The notes beneath the pieces were generated by a model. It did no database searches, was not told where the DNA came from, and saw only the letters and a list, made by a program, of their open reading frames with translations. Shown in pieces: positions 58,340-64,000 of a DNA stretch of 64,000 nucleotides. Position numbers and translations under genes: made by a program. The stretch comes from a virus (lineage: Duplodnaviria; Caudoviricetes): the IMG/VR virus record IMGVR_UViG_3300028048_001497, positions 64,001-128,000 of that record; one strand, written 5' to 3'. The stretch's first letter is position 1, and each line of letters starts with the position of its first letter.

Positions 58340-61300
58340 TTGAGTTCTACAAATGACACACAAAATGCATCTGAAAATTCAAAACAAGAAGCTACGGCAA
58401 AACAAAAAGATGCTAACACACAATCATCAACACCTGATAGTACTGTAAAATCACAAACTAACGGTGATGGAGATTATAATGCTGCTAAAAATGGCGGTAC
58501 TCATTCTACAGGTAATTACTATTCTAATGGTAATTTAGAAATGAGTGTTGGTAGAGACATTTTAGATGGCTCTACATTTAAAAAATACGAACACCCTGAA
58601 CGTCTTGTTGGGACACAATTACAATATCGCAATAACGGTAATATGAAAGTTATCAACTTCAAGCAAGATTATGTTGTTTTAATAAGAAAAAAGTTGTATT
58701 ATGCTGCAAATTCTGTTATGAATATGAAAACAAATGCGCATGTGCAGGATGGATATTATGTTCGTAGTTATAAGTTGGATAATTGGATAAACCTTAGAAC
58801 CAATATTAGTATTAGTGGCACACCGGGAAATTGTCAAATTTCTCTAAAGGGTGGAGAAAAAGTGTTATGTTGGGAAGAAATGTCAGTAACAAATTATGGT
58901 GTACCTGTTGTAACACAAGATTATAATGGTATGGTAAGTGATGAATTTCCTGATAATACAGCTCAAATAAAAGATGTAGCTAATAATGTTGATATGACAT
59001 CAAAGGTTAAAGACAATTCAGAAAATATTCAAAATAAAGAAGATACAGGTAATAAAAATACACAAGCTACTACAAATGCAGAAAAGGCTAAATTAGCAGA
59101 AAAAGCAGTAGATGAAGCAAAAGGTAAAGCATATAATGTAGAAACTCCACAGAATTTAGATGATAATCACACATGGACTTCTGAACTATCCGAAGATGGT
59201 ACTTTTAGAACAATTTATATAAAAAGCAAAAAACCGAATGAACAAGGTAAATATGAAGAACAAACAATTGAATTACCTGTTGGTACGTCAAAAGAACCAA
59301 ATGGCTCAAATGGTGATGTAACATTAAATAACTTAGAGTCTGGTTATAAAATAGCAGAAAAATGTGACTGGGAACCAATGGATGAAGTCTGGATTTATGG
59401 TAAATCAAATTTTGAACGTGATGCTAGTGGTGATTTCAAAATGAACCAAATATTTTTTGGTTACATTGATACAGTTACAAAATCCCATCAAGCAGGTAAA
59501 ACGGCTGGTTGTACCATTGAAATTTCTGCTACAGACCAATTGAAATTATTAGATTTGTCTTATATGACAACAAATCCGTCTATGACACCTGGTGCTAGTG
59601 GTGCTACAGGTTTGGATTTGCGTTATTCAAATCAAGATGAAAAACATTTTGGTACATTTGAAATTTTTAATCCATTTGCAGTTACACAGTTAATGGGATT
59701 GAATTGTGACGCTTCTACGGCTTCAGAAGCACAAAAAGCAGTATTGCGTAGTGCATGGCGTTACTTTACATTAACAAATGTTTTTGCAGGTAAGCCTGTT
59801 TGTGAGATTATTAAAACGCTATGCCTAGATGCAGGTATACCACCCTGGTATTTACGTGATAGACTTGAACCAATTAAATTTCCTCCATTTACATATTCAT
59901 TTAAACAAGCAGATTCTAAGTCTTTATTTAATGGACAAATGATGAAACGTTTGAATGAATGTAATGCTGCTGCAAGAAAATTAATGTTGGAATTTTTCGC
60001 TGATGAAAAAGGTAATATTGTTTTAAAATGCCCGAACTATGCTTTAGGCGTTAATTCCAAGCCTGCAAATAATATGGGACTAGAAAGCTCTACTTTACTA
60101 ATTAACAAAATAGATGTTGATAAGATAGAACCATATTATGCAGTAACAACAGGAGATACTTATGCAACAGATAATTTAAATGGTTTAACTTCTGACCAAA
60201 AAGCTAGAATTAAATATTTAAAAGCAAATTGCAATAACGTGGAACAAGTAAAACAATATTACAGAATTAGTTCTTTGGAAAAATTAACTAATATTACAGG
60301 TGATACGAAAAAAGCATCTTCTGCTTTGTCAGCAATAGATAAAAAACTATCTACGAATGAAGCAAAAACGGAACTTGCTTTTGTTAATAGTACTACCTCC
60401 TATAATAACACATATGGTAAAGCACTAGGGACAAAATCTATAGTTACTTATACTGTAAAACCTGGTGATACCTTTACAACTATAGCAAAAGCTAATTTAG
60501 GTAATGAAGATGGATGGGCAGATATATATGAACAAGCGAAAGAACAATTTGCTAATGACCCAACAGTAAATATTAAAGATAAAGATGATTGTCAAGCTAT
60601 ATATGGAAAGGTATTAAAGATAGAACTAAATCGCAGATATGGAAATAATGGATATATTAGTAAGAGTGCGCAAAGTTTAAGTGAATCCTTATCTAAGAAA
60701 TATGGTAATGATACAACCACATGGATGAATCAAGCGCAGGAAGAAGATAAAAATAACCAAGAAGAAATGAATAAGATTATGAGTGGAAAATCTGCTCAAT
60801 ATACAGAGAAAGTTCGTAAGCAATATTCAGGTACATTATCTGAAATGACAGACGCTTTAATTCCCGAAATACCACAAGAGTTTATTACATCATTCTCCTT
60901 AACTGATACAGATAAGAATATTTATAACATGTATGAAGTCAATATAGAGGGGGATTTTGGTGTATTTGATAAAGGTGGTCCACTTCAAAAGATTTCACGT
61001 GTATTCCCTGATATAGCGTCTATGATACGATTTGGTTGCAGACCATCACCGAATGTATATACTGTTCCATATATGGGTAACAAAGAAAATGCTCATCTAT
61101 TAGGATTTATGTTATCTGCTCAATCATTAGCTAGAAGAAATTCAGGTTCTTTATCTATGATAGAAGATTCTTTTATTCATGTAGGCGACCCAATTCGTTT
61201 CTTTGCCTATGATGAACACCCTGACGTTCCATTACAAGAACAATTAGGTGACGCAGTAGTGGACAATTCCGTATTAAATGAAATGTCTATGAAGAAAGAT

Positions 61301-63814
61301 AAAGGATTAGTTTCTGAAAAATCATTAGAAGTAGTAGAGAGAGAACATTATGGTGAATTAAATCAAGAATTTGAGTCGGAGCAACAAAACGAAAAAGAAA
61401 TACAAAAGAATAAAAAAGCGACCGATGAAAAAAATAGTCATGATAATAGAAAACCAGAAGATTTGGCAAAAGAAGCAGATAAAGTACAAGGAACAGGAGT
61501 AAAGAAAGATACAAACAAAGACGATGGCAAAGTACATATTACCTTTGAAAAAGGTGATGCATTAAATCTATCTACAACTTCTACATCAACGAAAAAGACG
61601 TATGAATTTGCTCCAGCTTCAAAAGTAGCTATGAAAACGGATGCACAATCCATTTATTACGTAGAATCAGTATCTCGTAGTATAAGCGCACAAGGTTCTT
61701 CTACCATGACACTAAGTTTAAGTTGTGGTAGAATGATGGGTAAACCTAGTGTAATGGATTATATGTTACTGTTATATAAAACATATTTTGACCCCGCATT
61801 GGGTTTTTGTGCAGATATTACAGAGATTAATGATTTAAGATATAAGTACAATGGAAAAACCAAAACATATCAAATACAATCTTCTGATTCATTAATGACA
61901 ATTGCATATAAAGAATACGCATTAAAAGGTGAATATCAGGACGCTTATACGGCGCAACAATTAAACGATGCAACAAAAACAGTAGAAAATGATGAAAGTG
62001 CAGAATATCCTTATTCACTAAAAAATCTTTGTAATGAAGAAAAATGTAGTCAATTAAAAATAGATGGATTAACTCATTTTGAAAAAGAAGGAGTACAGTC
62101 TATTAATCTAATTGATTTCATTGATTTGTTTAAACGTATAAAAGATTATTCACAAGATAAATTCACAAATTTAACGAGTATTCAATATGGACGTTTTGTT
62201 GGTTCAAATCCTGACGATGCAAATGATTATACACTAATGTTTAATTTCATTGTATTTTATTTTGATGGTAATCCAACAGAGTGGTCTTGTGTAAGAACAG
62301 GGTTTAATGGATTAGTTGGTTCAAATGGTAAACCAGGTGAATGGTTATATCAGAAAAAAGATGATGTGCATGATATGTTCAAAGATACATATCATATGCT
62401 ACCAAACCATACATCTATATCAGGTGCAGAAGTTTTTGATTATTGGGTAGAAGCACAATGGTTGACGAATTTAAAAACGCAAGTATCACAACCGACAATA
62501 GGAGATAATAGAGATTTTTATATTACATCATGGAATAAAAATATAAGAGACGATATTATACAAGAAGCGGTAGCAATAAGTAAAGGCTCATTAGATATTA
62601 ACAATATAGAAGTTAAAAAAGCAACAGAAGGACAAAGAAAAATTGAAGAATTGCATCATGCTATTATTGCCTTAAATGTAGATAAATTTGGTAATACATT
62701 AAATATTAATTTAACACAATTTGATGGTACTTTAATGCAACACGTAGGTGAAACAATTGTTATTCCGAATGAAATTATATTAGATGGTGAATCGAAAAAA
62801 GAAATACCTGCGGAAAAAACAGAAACAGTATCAGATTCAGATATTACTGATGAAGAAAAAGCTAAATTTGGTGATGACGTTAAAAAATTCCATATGATAA
62901 GAAATGGTAAATATGTTACTAGATATGAAGGTAGCAAAATGATTGCGCAGTACACATTTGCGGATGATGGATATAATGATAAATTATGTGTAGAACCAAA
63001 ATGTCAAACAAATCTAGGCTTGTTAGATGCTTATGAAAAAGAACAAACTCCTAGAAGTAAAGATGGTAAAACTTGTTATCAGTCGCAATTGTCAAAACTT
63101 GTTACTATGAAAGATGGAAATCAATGTAGAGTTGTAGTAGTACAATATTGTTCTGATAAACAAGGACAAAATATTAATGAAGATTATAGTAAATGTTATT
63201 TCGGTATTAATGGTGTAGCAAAAGAATGTGAATTACAAGATAAAAGCACAGGAAAAGGTGTTACGTTTGGAAAGGTTGTAAGTACAGTTTCTACTTATGG
63301 TCAAGGTGGAAATAATAATATTGATAAACTGTTAAAAGAATCAACAGAATTTACTATAAAAGGAAATAATATATTAACGTTTACTGAAGATGGTAGTGGA
63401 AAAATAGATGATAATGTTGAAACAACATCGAATAATACAAAGAGCACTAAAAAAACAAAAAATAAAAAATCTAAGAAAGAAAAATCAGATAACAATAAAT
63501 CTACAAAAGGAAAAGAAAACACTATGCAGCCACTTTCTCAAAACAATGAAACTGCCAATGTAAATAATAAAAAAGAAGATTATAGAGAAGAAAGTAAAAA
63601 AGTATTAGGCGAAGCCGTAAAAGATAATCCCGATTTATTAAGTTCTCAAAAAGTAGGAACAAAAGCAAAAACATACAAAGAATTTAGTGCTAAACATTAT
63701 AAAGAATGTTATGAATCACAAAAGAAGAATTCACCAAATTCTCCAGATAGAATTATACAATATCATGCAGAACGTGCATGTAAAGTGATGTATTATAGTC
63801 AAAAGAAACGATAA
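58340..63814 (+). CDS. putative baseplate hub protein with LysM domain(s)
   Basis: IFFGYIDTV, LEFFADEKGNIVLK, YYVESVSRSI hub-like motifs; LysM YTVKPGDTFTTIAK. Confidence 0.7.
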   Translation: MSSTNDTQNASENSKQEATAKQKDANTQSSTPDSTVKSQTNGDGDYNAAKNGGTHSTGNYYSNGNLEMSVGRDILDGSTFKKYEHPERLVGTQLQYRNNGNMKVINFKQDYVVLIRKKLYYAANSVMNMKTNAHVQDGYYVRSYKLDNWINLRTNISISGTPGNCQISLKGGEKVLCWEEMSVTNYGVPVVTQDYNGMVSDEFPDNTAQIKDVANNVDMTSKVKDNSENIQNKEDTGNKNTQATTNAEKAKLAEKAVDEAKGKAYNVETPQNLDDNHTWTSELSEDGTFRTIYIKSKKPNEQGKYEEQTIELPVGTSKEPNGSNGDVTLNNLESGYKIAEKCDWEPMDEVWIYGKSNFERDASGDFKMNQIFFGYIDTVTKSHQAGKTAGCTIEISATDQLKLLDLSYMTTNPSMTPGASGATGLDLRYSNQDEKHFGTFEIFNPFAVTQLMGLNCDASTASEAQKAVLRSAWRYFTLTNVFAGKPVCEIIKTLCLDAGIPPWYLRDRLEPIKFPPFTYSFKQADSKSLFNGQMMKRLNECNAAARKLMLEFFADEKGNIVLKCPNYALGVNSKPANNMGLESSTLLINKIDVDKIEPYYAVTTGDTYATDNLNGLTSDQKARIKYLKANCNNVEQVKQYYRISSLEKLTNITGDTKKASSALSAIDKKLSTNEAKTELAFVNSTTSYNNTYGKALGTKSIVTYTVKPGDTFTTIAKANLGNEDGWADIYEQAKEQFANDPTVNIKDKDDCQAIYGKVLKIELNRRYGNNGYISKSAQSLSESLSKKYGNDTTTWMNQAQEEDKNNQEEMNKIMSGKSAQYTEKVRKQYSGTLSEMTDALIPEIPQEFITSFSLTDTDKNIYNMYEVNIEGDFGVFDKGGPLQKISRVFPDIASMIRFGCRPSPNVYTVPYMGNKENAHLLGFMLSAQSLARRNSGSLSMIEDSFIHVGDPIRFFAYDEHPDVPLQEQLGDAVVDNSVLNEMSMKKDKGLVSEKSLEVVEREHYGELNQEFESEQQNEKEIQKNKKATDEKNSHDNRKPEDLAKEADKVQGTGVKKDTNKDDGKVHITFEKGDALNLSTTSTSTKKTYEFAPASKVAMKTDAQSIYYVESVSRSISAQGSSTMTLSLSCGRMMGKPSVMDYMLLLYKTYFDPALGFCADITEINDLRYKYNGKTKTYQIQSSDSLMTIAYKEYALKGEYQDAYTAQQLNDATKTVENDESAEYPYSLKNLCNEEKCSQLKIDGLTHFEKEGVQSINLIDFIDLFKRIKDYSQDKFTNLTSIQYGRFVGSNPDDANDYTLMFNFIVFYFDGNPTEWSCVRTGFNGLVGSNGKPGEWLYQKKDDVHDMFKDTYHMLPNHTSISGAEVFDYWVEAQWLTNLKTQVSQPTIGDNRDFYITSWNKNIRDDIIQEAVAISKGSLDINNIEVKKATEGQRKIEELHHAIIALNVDKFGNTLNINLTQFDGTLMQHVGETIVIPNEIILDGESKKEIPAEKTETVSDSDITDEEKAKFGDDVKKFHMIRNGKYVTRYEGSKMIAQYTFADDGYNDKLCVEPKCQTNLGLLDAYEKEQTPRSKDGKTCYQSQLSKLVTMKDGNQCRVVVVQYCSDKQGQNINEDYSKCYFGINGVAKECELQDKSTGKGVTFGKVVSTVSTYGQGGNNNIDKLLKESTEFTIKGNNILTFTEDGSGKIDDNVETTSNNTKSTKKTKNKKSKKEKSDNNKSTKGKENTMQPLSQNNETANVNNKKEDYREESKKVLGEAVKDNPDLLSSQKVGTKAKTYKEFSAKHYKECYESQKKNSPNSPDRIIQYHAERACKVMYYSQKKR

Positions 63815-63840
63815 AAATATATTTCATATGGTGATGTAAA

Positions 63841-64000
63841 TTGAATATATATGTAAGTTATTTTCAAAAAATGAAAAGTGGAAATCTTTCAGAAACATTA
63901 TCTACTGCAAAGAAAGCATTAAATGGAATAAAAAATGCTAAAGGGTTAATTTCTAATGCAAAGGGTGCATTAAAAGGAGCAGTAAAAAATAAAGTAAATG
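63841..64000 (+). CDS. hypothetical protein, truncated by the window end
   Basis: GGTGA RBS, TTG start, open to the window end (LNIYVSYFQKMKSGNLSET...). Confidence 0.6.
   Translation, partial: MNIYVSYFQKMKSGNLSETLSTAKKALNGIKNAKGLISNAKGALKGAVKNKVN

Noticed and set aside
37799-63522. Many 60-190 aa antisense ORFs within TMP and baseplate genes
   Set aside because: Fully nested opposite long real genes with no recognisable features; expected by chance.
23668-63814. Extracellular contractile injection system or tailocin rather than a phage
   Set aside because: Neck-like and putative head-internal genes, HNH/intein/MTase content and phage-type promoters point to a large phage, although no capsid or terminase gene is in the window.
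1-64000. CRISPR array, tRNA/rRNA genes, diversity-generating retroelement
   Set aside because: No regularly spaced repeats, cloverleaf-like sequences, reverse transcriptase or TR/VR pair were seen by eye; not verified computationally.

Overview
This is an AT-rich, almost entirely plus-strand segment of a large (jumbo-type) myophage genome, probably infecting a Firmicute (GGAGG/GGTGA ribosome-binding sites, Firmicute-type TnpB elements). Order of modules: (1) 3.6-15.1 kb modification locus with two radical SAM/SPASM enzymes, a 470-aa protein with a Cys-rich C-terminus, GT8, GT4, a NodU/CmcH carbamoyltransferase, two more paralogous radical SAM enzymes and GT2. (2) A small sigma70-type cassette, then likely head-internal, neck, tail sheath and two tail-tube genes. 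(3) A 27.3-36.0 kb accessory island with HNH genes, two TnpB-only IS200/IS605 elements, and a CmoA-like enzyme next to an intein-containing C5-cytosine methyltransferase. (4) A tail chaperone, three paralogous ~2000-aa tape-measure-like proteins, a 375-bp tnpB-deleted MITE, a second chaperone and baseplate genes. Best leads: a probable DNA carboxymethyl-cytosine system (CmoA-like Cx-SAM synthase plus a C5-MTase whose motif X GN is GR, with a nested alternative-frame beta-subunit-like ORF); a radical SAM pair beside a late Cys-rich-tailed putative virion protein; a triplicated tape measure with different peptidoglycan-hydrolase cargo; a recurring intergenic TATTT-N6-TAG putative late promoter; and natural guide/target covariation between a TnpB element and its MITE. 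All assignments come from motif recognition by eye; no database searches were run.
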